Below, piece by piece: positions 12,536 through 25,900 of a DNA stretch of 64,000 nt; the first letter of the stretch is position 1; the number at the start of each line of letters is the position of its first letter. The stretch comes from Catajapyx aquilonaris (Eukaryota). The notes beneath the pieces are model-generated. The model searched no databases and was not told where the DNA came from. It was given only the letters and a program-made list of their open reading frames with translations. Location of the stretch: the NCBI GenBank assembly GCA_000934665.2, contig KZ538346.1:1-64000 (forward strand), given 5' to 3'. A program made the translations under genes and the position numbers.

Positions 12536-12766
12536 GAAGCAGGTTGGCATAGTGGATAAGGCGTCCGACTGCTAATCGGGAGGTCCTGGGTTCGAATCCC
12601 GGGGTCGGCAACCTTGACCGTGGTTTTCTGTGGTTTTCCACGGTCTTTCGAGGATAATTCCGAGGTCACTTCCGTATAATAGGCCACAGCCGCTTCCTTC
12701 CTTCCCTATCCTTGGAGGTTGAAAGGCAATGCTGGGCCAACCTCCTTAAATATCAATTATAAAAAG
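12536..12766 (+). mobile_element. tRNA-derived SINE (family C); copies at ~55340-55563 (-) and ~61960-62187 (-)
   Basis: TGGCATAGTGG A-box, GGTTCGAATCC B-box, shared body GGTTTTCTGTGGTTTTCC...GGCCACAGCCGCTTCC. Confidence 0.8.
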
Positions 12767-15700
12767 TTATGCTGTGATGTATTATGTTTTCTGTTTCATG
12801 TAAAGTTGATGAGAAGTGGTGAGTGAAAGTGCAGGTGAACTCTGTTTGTTTATTGAAACATCCTGTGAGAGAATAAAGCGAATCAACTGATTAAACTATC
12901 AAGGAAATAATTTATTTGCTTGTGGATAGCTGATATATTAAGCATATACACAGTTTGTGAAAAGGAACATGATTGTGAAACATGACATGATCCGAACGAT
13001 TGCCTCCCAAAAACTCTGTGAATCTATCACGCCATGTAAATAAAAGCAATCCATTAAACTGGGCATTAATTGATGTCATGCAGGTTTAACTGACATTCTT
13101 GCCTTGGCTGCTCTACTTCTGTCCCTCTGGAGGGGCAGCTAGGAGAGCACCTGTCTTGTCAGAGAAACTCTGAGAACAAAATAATGCATTTGGTTCTTTT
13201 TACCAAAAATATTAAAACCGTTTTTACTGAAGCGGACGTCTATTGCTGTTGACCAATTGCACCAGCTTGAACTCAAATCCTTGGATCGTCTGCTTCCTTC
13301 AGTGGATGGCTGGGCGGGCGACTGGGGCATCTGGAAAATCGTGGCGGGGAAGATACACGCTTCACCTGCATCCAGACTTCTTGGCCTCTGTTCTCTATGT
13401 CAGAACCGGTCAGAACCAGCTGGGAGCAGCTCTCGCACCAACAGCAGCCCCCCACCACTCTGGCTCCGGTCACCTTCGGTCGAACATTTGAAATGGTGCC
13501 TAAACGTCTGGACATGTCTGCACTGCACCAATAGGAGCCAAGTTTTGCGTCCATTTAACAATTACACATTTTTTTCTATCGTAATGCTACACAAGACTGT
13601 AATTTAAAATGAGAGTTTAAATATTAATATTAGATATTTATTCGATCAGGCTTTTTTTTTGTTTACTGATGCCACCTCTGGGCCGTTTTATAAAACTAGT
13701 GCAGAGACCTCCGCAGTCGCCATCTATTCTAAATCAATGGCGGTGCACGGGTGGGTTCGGGCTGGTTCGGGTGGGCTGCTTGACGTCTGCTGGGGGTCGC
13801 AGTCTGTGACGTCTGCGCCCTGCGTTTCAGCAGCAGATGACGAACGGCAGCCCCAGTGCTAAGGGGTGAAGAACCCATGTTGGTTGACGGAGGGAGGGAA
13901 GGAGAGTGACGTTTAGGTAGGCCTGGCCCATCCACCTACGCTGGCTGCTTGCAACCGACAATAATCAGCTGACTTACTCCCTGGGATGATCCATCAGGCA
14001 TAGCCTCACCTTAGGGAGATCCACCACCCGGAACTAAAGGTGAGGAAGGATTTGTGTTTAGGTGGCAAGGACAGTTGAGGGGGAGAGCTGGGTGGGCATA
14101 TTGTTAGTTAGGTGCTGAGGGAGAAGATACAGGAAGGGTGAGCAAAGAAAATGAATAAAGAGCTCTTAAGTGAGACATGCTGTCTACACTTGTGATTACT
14201 GAGGGACTGTCATAGAGAAATGCTGTGAAGAAAGGGCTGGATAAGAGTAATTCCAGATGGAAGACTGCAATTGGACAAGGTGTCAGACATCAGATTCTTC
14301 ATGTAGCAAAAAATGTAGTAATATCTAATGAATTAATTTGTGCCTCCAGTATATTACCAGTTGATGTTACATATAAACAAAAGTTTTACAAGTGTTTAAT
14401 AAAGGCAAACAGGTTAAGAGTAAGACATATGTTACAGAATTAATCAGATTTTTAAAATCATGTTTCATGCAATATGCATCTAGATCTTACAAATACGATG
14501 TTTTGTTGTAGAATCTTGGGAGGAAGGACCTGATACTCTACTATTTGTTTCTCCAGAAGGCCTAGTACTTTAATAGTGTATTTGTAGAGTTTGAATTGAC
14601 GGAAAGAAATGTCATTCTGTACCACTACATATCTTTACTGAAGGAATCTCACAGGTTGCTTTTGTTTTTGGTTTTCATTGGTTTGTTTTCTGAGGAAGCA
14701 TAATCTGCAGTAACTCCTGCAGATCAAGATATAAGCCACAGCTATTAAAGTGGACCTGTGGGTAAAATTAGGAATTAAGCTGTAAAGGAGACATTGAGTA
14801 ATGGGTCAACTAAGATGGAAGAAGGAGAAGGGTATCTCCTGAGTGGGCAAGGAGAAGTTGGTATATCTTACTATGTATGAAGCCCCTTGGAACGTGTGAT
14901 GCTAAACAAGTGGTGTTGGTTAAGGGGCAACAACAATGCTGGCTACAATGTTCGCCGCTGCCCCTGTGGCTGGCACAAGCAGTGGCGACGCAGGGGAAAT
15001 GGTAGAGATGAGCGGACTGGAACAGTTTGTGCGGATGACACTGGTGGGAGGCGGGGGAACTGCCGTCGCCTTCCCTCACCGGCTCTCAGCTTACATTTAT
15101 GATGGCAGATAAGTAGCTGCCTGGGCCATGAGAGAGCGAAAGAGAGAGAGAGAGAGAGAGAGAGAGTTGAATAATCTATAGTCTTATTGCCATACAAGTC
15201 CTATGCCACTTTGCATCAATTTAGCTTTTGTGAAGTTAAATGAAGAAATATAAATGCTTTTGTTGAAAAACAGTTGTTCTGTTGCTCATAGGTGGTGTGC
15301 CATATAAACCAGTTTGCCAGTAATAAGTTAATTAGTTTTTTGATGCTATAGTATATCTTTTGTCATTGATGTTTCATGCATGTAGAGGTACAGTGGACGA
15401 GGAGAAACACCTCAAGAGGAGGCCTACATAACTTAACCTTGCTACAGTTAAGCCTCATTCTCGATGATCTCTCCCTTCATTGCAGTTGTTCTTTTCTCTT
15501 TCAAGAAAATGTGACTGTTTGTACAAACTGGGGAAGTGGGTAAAGAAAAGTGCCTGCCCTTTTGCATCACATATAACCAGTTTTACTCCCCTTTAAACAC
15601 AACACATGATTGCAAAAATCATGTCCTTTATTGGTTCATCACATTCATGAGAACATACAATATATTTACACATTGACGTCTGTCAAATCTTTATCACTGG

Positions 15701-16823
15701 TTTTGTCAGTAGCAGTTGCAGAGTTGCAAGATTTTTTTATAATGCTTCAGATGGATGGACTTTGTGCTGATAATTTTCTACCTAACAGTGGCCACTTGAA
15801 AAAAATTGCTCACAATGAAAAGTCAATGCAATTCAGGATGGTGTTTTTAAAGCCTTGTCTGATGGCATCAACTGTAGCATATTGAATACCATGTTAAATT
15901 CACCAAATCCACCCACAGCACAATGAATATATACAACTTTGTCACTGCAGTGATAGACGTGGGAGGCACACTTCAGGTTGGCTAATGCATGAAAATATCA
16001 ACACTTTGCCATGTGGAGCTTATACTGTACTCCTCTTGAGGTGCCTCTTCCTCATACTGATGATATAATAATAGCTTTGTTTGTATTTAAAAAGTTCTGT
16101 AATAACTTTCATTATTGTAGTGCCATGGATGATGTATACACTTTGTCAGAAATAAAAGAGCATGCAGATAGCTTAAGAAACATATCAGAGAGGCAATTGG
16201 CAACAGATGCACCAAACGCTTGTCACACACATGCTTGAATCTCTCAGATACATTGATTTGTTTGTTGACTTTCCCTTTTCATGCATGGCCCATGTCAATA
16301 TTATTGCCTCATTACTTGTTATTTACAATTTACGCACACAGAATTTACACTTGGCTAGCATGCAGTTATTAAGCAGCATATCTACAAATATTTAATGACT
16401 ATTTATTAATATGTAAGTTTATTTGGGTAATGTAGGCAGACTGGTTTTTGCAGAACATCATCCAAATATGTTGTTATGGTGCCCTTTGGAGGCTGATTAA
16501 GAACAGTGCAAAGTGGACATAATTGCATAGACTTAGTAGCCTAATTTTTAGAGCTTGGGTTCATTCTTAACTAGAGATGAATGAGTGTGAAGGTTGTCCA
16601 GTGCAAACATTATTGAAACATGTTAGCCTGCAAGTGCATCCAAATATATTTCTTGAGTAAATTACATGATTATTATTTTTCCATATTTCAAGGCTCAGTG
16701 AATAGGCTTACAAAGACTGAATGCAGGGTGGGGGAAGATTGACCTTGGATTCCATTCATGCAGTGTGTCTTGCAATAAAATTCTGTGAAATCGCTGATGT
16801 GAGGGATTTAAAAAATGTGTATA

Positions 16824-17037
16824 TACAGGGTATCTCAACTTTTTTGTCCGAACAATTATCGGAAATATTGCACTAAGCTTCTTATTTTTTAGCAGTGACT
16901 TGCAACCAGTGATGCTTCCCTGGCTTTATCAGCTGAGGGATGTGCCAGGAATGTTGGGGCATATTCTGGCTACATAGCTAGAAGATACGTAGGCTTTTCC
17001 GATAACTGTTCGGACAAAAAAGTTTAGACACCCTGTA
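16824..17037. mobile_element. Tc1/mariner-type MITE
   Basis: TA-CAGGGT ~40-bp TIRs. Confidence 0.7.
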
Positions 17038-17487
17038 TAAGACAATTTTTAAATTGGTGTGATCTAAAAAAGAGTAACAAAAAGTTTTGTACCTTAGGGC
17101 TGCTGAAAATTAACGTTGGTGTCTGCCTTCACTATACTTTCATATCAATGTTAAATGAATTTAACATGATCATATTTTCAAGAGGCTTGCAGTTATTATA
17201 ATCATAGGGTTTAGCAGGCAGTTGACCCATTATTATTATTGGCCTTGATGGTAAGCTATTGTTGTGCATTACTTGCACCCATTATTCACTATCATAGTTA
17301 CATAAATCCATGCTAACACAGCAAAAATGTCTGCACGATCTTGCCTCAAGCCTTGACTACAATGGCAGCATGTACTGACTGCTTTGTAATTACCGAACAC
17401 ATTGCGAGGATGTACATTTCATAAGTGACAAAAAATAAGGCATGCACTGGCAGATCTGGTAAGACGTGTCTGAACTGTGCATTCTCA

Positions 17488-17829
17488 CAGTGGCGTAGGC
17501 AGGGGGGGGGCCCGGGGGGGCCGGGCCCCCCCGAAATGTTGAGAAAAATCAAGGGGCCCCCGAATTTTCCGACGAGTTTTAGAAAATTTTGAGGAAACCC
17601 ACAAATCCATAATAGGCCTAACGTCTATAACCTATATTCTCTATTCTATAAGACGTAAGAAAGCGGGTTCGATCCAATCAATTCGGGGTCTTAGCTCGTA
17701 CTATCTCACTGTCAGACTCTCGCAGTCGCAGTGTCAGTAATCAGTATGGCACAAAAACAATGAAAATGAGAAATCATTACATTAATACTGTAGTTAGCCT
17801 ATACGTAATCATNCCTGCCTACGCCACTG
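17488..17829. mobile_element. TIR MITE with CAGTGGCGTAGGCAGG termini
   Basis: Terminal inverted repeats; 7-bp TSD ATTCTCA. Confidence 0.75.
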
Positions 17830-18673
17830 ATTCTCAGGAATATTTTGCCTGGCCAGTGTTTGGAAAAATTGGATTATGAGTCAATAACACACTCAAACAG
17901 TCTGTTCCAGACACTGGTCCTCATTTTTCTATTGAGTAACGGAATGAGATGTGCACGCTTTAGTCTTGCAGATAAACTGTCCTGGTGGTTTCCCTTGGTT
18001 TCTCAGTGCAAAACTTGAATGCCTTATCAGTGTTGGGAAGATTGCTATTTGGAAGAAACCAGTTAGATGCAATGATAGAATGTATATTATTTTATTTTGT
18101 AATATTCTGATTTGGAAGGAACTATTGTAATGTGAATCTCATTGATATCCAGGATATTTTGTAAATCAGCAGTACATATTCAAAAATTCAAAAATGATGC
18201 CAAAAAAAGAAATAACAGCCTCATGGATGAATAGATGGTTAGGAGGTATTTTCTAGACTAGCATGACTCAAGATATTGTTATTGTCAGTTAGGAATAAGA
18301 TGGGTATAGGATGTGGATTGCAAAGGGAGGAAGGATTAGGAGAGGGAGGGGTGGCAGGTCCTAGATGTACCACAATGCTGGGACCAACGTTGTTGTGGTG
18401 CAAACCCTACGCAACTTTCGCAGCACCCTTTGTCCAAAAAAGCAAGTCTAATGCTGATACATATTGACCAGTCATGTGCATTTAGTCTTGTCAGTGAATT
18501 GCTGAGAAAGTCAACTGTATTACCTGCTTGGACCAAAATGGAAATAGGGGTAGGAAATTCGTAGGATGCTTTTTTGTTGTTCTGGGCAAGTAGATTTTTA
18601 TGGAAAAGTGCATAGTACATAGTGTGAATGAAAAAAGGGAAAGCTAGGATTGCAAAAGAGTGACAGTCAACTG

Positions 18674-19303
18674 ACAAGGAAAGGTCATCCATTGCAGATT
18701 GAGTTGCTGAATGAAACTTGGCACAATAATATAGGCAGGTAAGTTATTAACTAAAGTGCAAACCATTTCGACCAAGCGCTACAAGGTCAAAAGTTATGAC
18801 CTATCGATGTCAGCCTGGACAGCTTACTTAAGCGGGAAGGGTAAAGCACTGGCAGATGAAAAGAAGCACAGCAAATTAGCACTTCTGCATGTTTTTAATA
18901 ATTATATGTTCAAAACATAACATATTTGTACAATCTGCACATCTCATAAAAGACAAGTTCCTGCATTGCAGGCATGTAGCATTCGGACTACTACTCGAGT
19001 CGAAGCAGAATTTGGAAGGCGTTTGGAATGCACCAGGCCTCTCTTCCAAATAGCCAGCTTTGTAAAATACATACTTAATTAAGTTAACAAACCGAGAGGT
19101 CGAAAACTGACAATGAGTCTGCTTTTTTGAGTGCGATAACTGCAACTTTACTCCTAAGGTAAGCTGTCTGGGTTGACATCTAGAGGTTATAACTTCTGAC
19201 CCTGTAGCGGTGGGCTGACACGGTTAACAACTTACCTGCCTTTATTAATGTGCCAAGTTTCATTCAGCAACTCCATCTACAATGGATGATGACCTTCCCT
19301 TGT
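18674..19303 (-). mobile_element. Non-autonomous element with ~150-bp inverted arms around a Cys-rich transposase-like C-terminal fragment
   Basis: Arms 18674-18835 and 19155-19303 are inverted; ORF 18876-19145 QFSTSRFVNLIKYVFYKAGY...CLQC...RCADC...CFEH resembles the C-terminus of pogo-like insect transposases (from memory). Confidence 0.55.
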
Positions 19304-19947
19304 GAGATACAAGGTTGAAATCTTGTGAATTTGCATTATTTTTGATCATCAAAGAGTTGCAGGAAGAGTTGGGAAATTGCAGAAATGTTTTTCTTTATAG
19401 CTAAGATAAATGAGGCCCAATTGTTTGAGATGCACCATGTTCATGAAAAGTTACATGTAAAAAGATTGATGAGGTACCTATTGTAATTCCCCATGCTACA
19501 CTGTGCAAAAAGTATTGTGCATTAATTCATTTTATTGAATGTCATTTTCAACAAACAAAATGCATTTTTAAAAATTGGGCTTCATCTACCATTTCTATAA
19601 AAATTGAGAAAATTATTCCTGCAGATTCTGTTTACCTTCTGTGACCCTTTGAAGTTTAAATACAGATTTGCAACATTTTGAACTGTTTTCCAGTTGATTG
19701 TCACTCTTTCACAAGTCGAGTTTTCACTTTTTAAATCCACCACTATGTCTGAATGATAGTGTGAAATATTTACCATACATTTAGTGATAATTTATGAGTA
19801 GAGCTTTTGCATGTAGTGGAAAACTGAAAAATTAATGGTTGCCAGTAATATTTGGTTTCTACTCAAGTTTTCTTCCCAACACTGCCCAAATTATACACCT
19901 TAAAACACTGTCTGGAACTTGATTCAATTGTTGCCAACAGTGCCAGC

Positions 19948-22900
19948 ATGTCAGGTGGAGAGAAGAAACGTCGGTCCCAGCGGGGCCAGTGCTGGGAAGA
20001 AGCTGGAGCTGAGTTCTACCAAGAGTCATACCCAGCAGATGTTGACATGGAAGCACTGCAGAGGGACCCGACAAAGATCACCACCATGCTGCCTAGCAAG
20101 CAAGTTTCCAGGACAGCCTGTGGTAAGTTTCACATTAATGTCCATAAATGTGGCAGAGAAAGGTTACTAATTGCAAGCTTTCTGACAGCTCCAACCCAAA
20201 CCCGGCGCCAGAGTGTACGGCGCCGTGCATCTACCAGATCAAAGCGACACAGTATGGCCAGGCGGGGGTCTGCCACTACTGAGGTACACCTGGCATCGCT
20301 TCCTGATTTGACTGATGGTGAGTTTATGTTTCTTATGAGACATGGGTTGAGAAATTACGTGAGTAATCATCATGTTGGTGGACCTTCTCACATCATCATG
20401 GCTTGACACAACCGATGTGGCAGGAAAAAGTCATCCAAAGCGCAATCTCTGTAACTAGGCCACCATTTGAACCTGATGACATAAGTTGCACCGAAGTTAC
20501 CAACATGGGGAAGAGAGAGATCATTTTTTTTCCTCTGAACAGATTGCTTCCTCTACTAGTAAACGACATTTACTTTGACACTTGGCTTAATACTGCATTC
20601 CTTTGCGGGCCCAAAATTGCCAGAAAGCAACAAAACCACATGCGATGTGATGGCCATGATCTTGGGTGCATGACTCATCACCTGGTGTGTAATTCAGAGA
20701 GCATATCATCATCAGGCTGACTCATGGCATTAGTTTCAGAGTGGCTGGGATGCTCTTAAGCTTAATTTTTATTTAATGTATTGATTATTAAGGAAAACTT
20801 CCATAAAAATGTGAATATTTTTGCACAATCATGGATCATAGTTCAAGTATATCATGGAAACATGTATCAAGATAAGTGTAGCATACAGGGTGAAGGGAAA
20901 CTCACGGACAGTCGCCAGGTAGACTGATAGTACTCGCAAAACTAATATAGGGATGTGCAATTAGTTTTGGGCTCCGTTGCATAGTTAATGTGTATGGCGC
21001 CGTCAAAGTTTTGTGACATCACATCTGTTCCCCCAGCTTCTATGAAGCAAAAGTCAGTTCAAGGGCTTCCGGTCCCTTGCCTTGGTCCCCTAACACATCG
21101 TCCATGTGCAAAAGGTGATCAAATCCCGTCAGAGTAAGAATCCGGGTATGACACCCATGCACTTTGTCCTTTTTGCCTCATATTCCACCATCCGGCCCTC
21201 TACACTTTAAGGGCGCCGTACGCATTAACTACGCAACAGAGCCAAAAACTAATTGCACATCCTTATATTAGTTTTGCGAGTACTATAAGTCTACCTGGCG
21301 ATTGTCCGCGAGTTTCCCTTCACCCTGTATAAATTAGAGGTTTCACAAATAGCCATGCAAGTATGTGAAAGTGGTAAAAATTATCTTATACGGTACAGTA
21401 ATTACATTGTTATGCTGATAAGGGCGACACGGTGGCAGAGTGGTTAGCGCCATAGCCTTCCACCTGTAAGGTCCCGAGTTCGATCCCCGGGTCGGACAGA
21501 GGATACTTATGTGGATAGAGTTTCGATGGTTTCTCTCCGTGTTCGCGTGGATTTTCTTGGGGTTCTCCTGTTTCCTCCCGCAATCAAAATCCATCACAGC
21601 ACAGGCAATGATTACAGACTGTTCATGAAAAAGATGATCCCCTAAGAGGCCCAAGGAGGCCTATCACGGGCAGGGCTGGAGAGAGGTCTAGCCGGGCCCC
21701 AGGGAAGACAAAGAATCAGGCCCCCTTCACTCGAACACAGACAGTGACAGTTTCAAATTTTCGTTTGAAATTGCTGTCTGCAAGAAAAAGGCATTGGGAT
21801 TATATCGGGGAACATAATCAGTAGAGTCTGGATTTTTAGGCACAAAAAGACCCAGAAATAGGCACGGAAAAACCTCAAATAGGCACAAAAAAATTTTACT
21901 GGAGGATAATGTAACAGAAAATAAAAAAAGCTATAACAATTGTATAGGCATAAAATATAAATATAAGGTCACAAACCAGAGCAAAACCTGAACAACAATG
22001 ATAAACTGACAGGAAATTACGAAACTTAGGCGAAAGACAAAATGCAAGCAAGTATCACTTGCGCTGGACTCTACCACTTATAGCCAGTTTCCACTTGCAC
22101 AATATGTTGCCAAAATTTAGAAAAATATTTGGCACATGCATCACAGAAACATGATTTGTAGTATTACTTCTGAACAATTTTTGTCCTTTCAGGAGCACAA
22201 AAAATACTCCGCAAAAAAAACCAAACGTGCATATGAAGAAATACGCCCCAAAAGTCCCGAAATTGCTTCAAAAAGTTCGAAAACTATCCCAAAAAAAGCC
22301 TAATAGGCATGAAAAGTCGCAAAACCACGAAATAGGCCATTTTAAAACTATAAAACCTACATTTTCCACATCCTGCACTTATGAAATAAATAGATCATTT
22401 CACAAAACCATCCCAACTGTTAAGGAACTAAATAGGCATTTGCCTAAAAATCTGGACTCTATTTTTTTTTTTTTTTTTTTTTTGCATTACCCCATTGGGA
22501 GTTACATTTCCTTTAGGGGGGTAGAATACCACCATCTGGGTGGAACTGGTATACTAAGATAGTATTTAGTGTGTTCCAAGGGTAGGTAGGAGGGACATCC
22601 CCTCCTACCTACCCTTGGTGCACAGACGTTGATGTGCCGTTTTGTGAACTCCCCCGGGTGGCATATGTGGAAGGATCGCCACCCGAAACGAAGCCAGAGA
22701 CGGTCTTACTCTGCGCGAGATGAAGGGGGGAACCCCGGGTTGGGATCGAACCCGGGACCTTAACATCCGCGGGCGCATACGTTACCGCAGCGCCACTTCG
22801 CCTCCCCACGACTCTAATAATAATCAGTAATAGGCTGTATTTACTGTCCATGCAAATATCTTACAGATGGCTAGGCAGCGATAAGCCGGTAACTTTTGAA

Positions 22901-25900
22901 AATTTTGTAGTACCAGTATGTAAATTACGGAAAATTGATCCAGGATGGCAAAAATGTTGAAATGCAGCACATGAAATACTTCAATGACTTGATCTTCTCA
23001 TATGATTCCTGTATGCACATATGACATACCCATGTGCACTACTTGGTTAACTGAACTTTTCTGGCCTTCCTATGGCCGAATTCGTCAATGATGTCGTCGA
23101 AATTCAATTTTCGGGCAAGAGTGGCAATAAGGCATAACATTCCCAAGGAATTCAGTCACTGCTGCCCCATTGACGATCGTGTCTCACTTTTTATTTTGGC
23201 CATAGCACTGAAGGATCGTTCCGCGCCGGCAACTGAGACTGGGAGTGTACAGAATAGGAAATTCATCTCTGATTAATATTTTTGACGAATACTACCGGGT
23301 CACGCGGGGCCCCTTTGGGGGCCCGGGTCTGGGGAATTTTGCTCTCTCTCTCTCTCTCTCTCTCTCTCCCCCCCCCCCCCCCCCTGCCTTTNCCTTGATC
23401 ACGGGGTATCCATTATTAATCATTGTTATGCTGATTCTTGTGCATTGAAGACCTCCAAAACATGGCCCAAGTAAAGATTATAATTATCCTCCTGAGACCT
23501 GAGAAGAATTTTTTAACGCAATGTCAGTTCCTATTGCATTTGCTGAACATTTTCCCAATAAGAAACGAGAAAATTTTTTTAGTTTTAAAATATCGACAAA
23601 AATGGTGACAAACAACCAATGGGAACATTAGGACCCAATTGGTGCTACAAAAGCAGAACGGATGAAAGCTGAAAATTCAAATACCACTTAATGGATCACT
23701 CACATAGTGCTCTATCCTCAAAACAATGTTTTTTACATTCATTTGTGGAATTCGTCATAGAAATTCCTCTCAGAAGACAATTAAAGATAAATGAAATTAT
23801 TTTTGAACGCCACCACTCCAGGAATGGAGCTTGCTCCTTCCCTTCTTACCCGCTAGAGTGGTACCTTGCTATTCTAGATTTTAAAACTGAACTGCATAGT
23901 GAAAAGCGCACTTCCTTATGGGTGTATAGGTACAGGCACTTAAAGAAAAGTCACACCCATTCAGCTAAAAATGCCATTTTTCGGATGTCCATTTAAATGG
24001 GCATTTGGTCTCAGGAAGAAAAGAAAATTACCAGTTCTCTACAGCAACAAAGATTGTCACAGACACTTCTTTTCACAATTCCTAAGACACATTCCTTGCG
24101 AATCCCAGGACATTCACTGCATTGCGAAAATCGCATTCTAAATATGAGTAAAAAAATAAAACTGATCAGATGAGTGCCTAGCTTCAGCAGCGGAATCCGC
24201 CATTTTATCCGCGATTTAATTTTCGCGGCCCAAGCCAGATATTCGACGCTAGGTGGCTACACCTATTGAGGCCAGATTGTAACCATGGGATACCAGCATA
24301 TTACAGTTCTGTTGGCATCACTAGTTGGCGCAAAAAAAATCTTTTGCTGATGTCGACACCAGGTCTCAGGAGGATATTAATTATATTTATATTATATTAT
24401 TATACAGTATTATGATTATGCAGGGTGGTCGCTAAATGGCGCACAAGCTTCAGGTAGCGAGATTCCTTGTGAAAAACCAGTATATTGATGTGAAGGTCCT
24501 ATTGCTCTATGATGTGTGGTTATCTCTCACGAGGCCTCCAAAAGTTGGAGCCGAATTGTGACGTCACGTTCGCCCCCGAAATTCAAACACTACCGTATTG
24601 CTACTGTATTCGGTGTGTTGCCAGGTGTTGCCAGATATTGCCATGCGTTCCCATGCCCCTGTCCCCCACATTCCCTCGTGTTTACAAGGTTCCAGAGAGT
24701 TGGGTAGGAATGTGGGGGACGGCGGCATGGAAACCCCTGGCAACATTTGGCAACACTTGGCAATGAGGCGTCTGCAGTAGCGACTCGCTTTGCTCGGCGC
24801 TGCCCTCCCTCCCGTGGGGCTGCTCCCCACTTGCGCGCCGTAGGCGTGGGGACCGTAATCCATCGTGTTACAGAACATCCACCAGTGACGTCACTGCTAG
24901 TGATGAGGAATATCCGAACGTGCCCTCTCTGAAGTATCGTATTAAATAGAGGTTGGGATGGCAAGTGGAAACAGATGTTAGTAGGCAAAGGGGAGTGGGT
25001 GGGCCATTGTTCTTCCGGCTTTAAAGACCATATGCCAAAATTTTGGGCTGTTGGAGACTATAATTAAACGACTGTATCGAAGGAGTAACGGGGCTGGTGT
25101 CGTGCTTCTTTATGTCTCTCCCTAATGAACTCAAAACCTCTCGTGCAGCCCAGTAGTGGCTTGTTGATTAATTTCCGACTGCAAAGTTCAGTGTACCATT
25201 TGAAATAGCCTGATCTTAGAGTATGTTGTTAACCCATTTATGCCTAAGGTTGAAATTTCTAAATTCGTATAGGTTACCCAGAAATATTCAAGAAAGTGGG
25301 ATATAAATAACTCCCACGTGACTGGCCGTTCCAATAATGGAACGCTAGGCATAAATTCCTTACTGGCAACAATGAATCAAGAATAACATCAATTAAATCT
25401 CAGATTCTCAATGTATCTGACCTGGTGTAACCAGTCTTATGAGACAGATATGTGTCACCATGGTTGTAAGGTCCGGGCACCCCCCCCTCGTATCGCTGGA
25501 CTGCTCTGAACTTAGGTATAAGAAAAGTGCTTCTCTTCTACCTAAGTTCACAGCAGTCCCGTAGGGTCACCACATGTCTATGAAACCATGAAAAGAGCTA
25601 CCAAGTGGCCACCTGCCCTAAGGCGATAAGAGGGGAGAGACCAGACCTTACTATTCTAAGACCATGCTCTGGGCATTCATTGAACAAATTGAAGGGGAAT
25701 CAGGTGGAGGAGATCCTAAATGTAGGCATGTACATTTCCTATGTTTCCCCCTCTAGTTAGTGATTCCTAGATCTTAATTTCCACAACTTCAGCAGCTGAA
25801 TAGTTCATGAGGCCCCTGAACCTTTTCAGAGAGTATCCCAAATGAGGAGACAACTTATGAAGAGATAATGAGGATAAAAGCTATGCCTGTATCCATGGGT

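Noticed and set aside
12536..12610. tRNA-Ser(GCT)-like cloverleaf
   Set aside because: No long variable arm, poor acceptor stem, and it continues into a body repeated at ~55340 and ~61960; it is a SINE head, not a tRNA gene.
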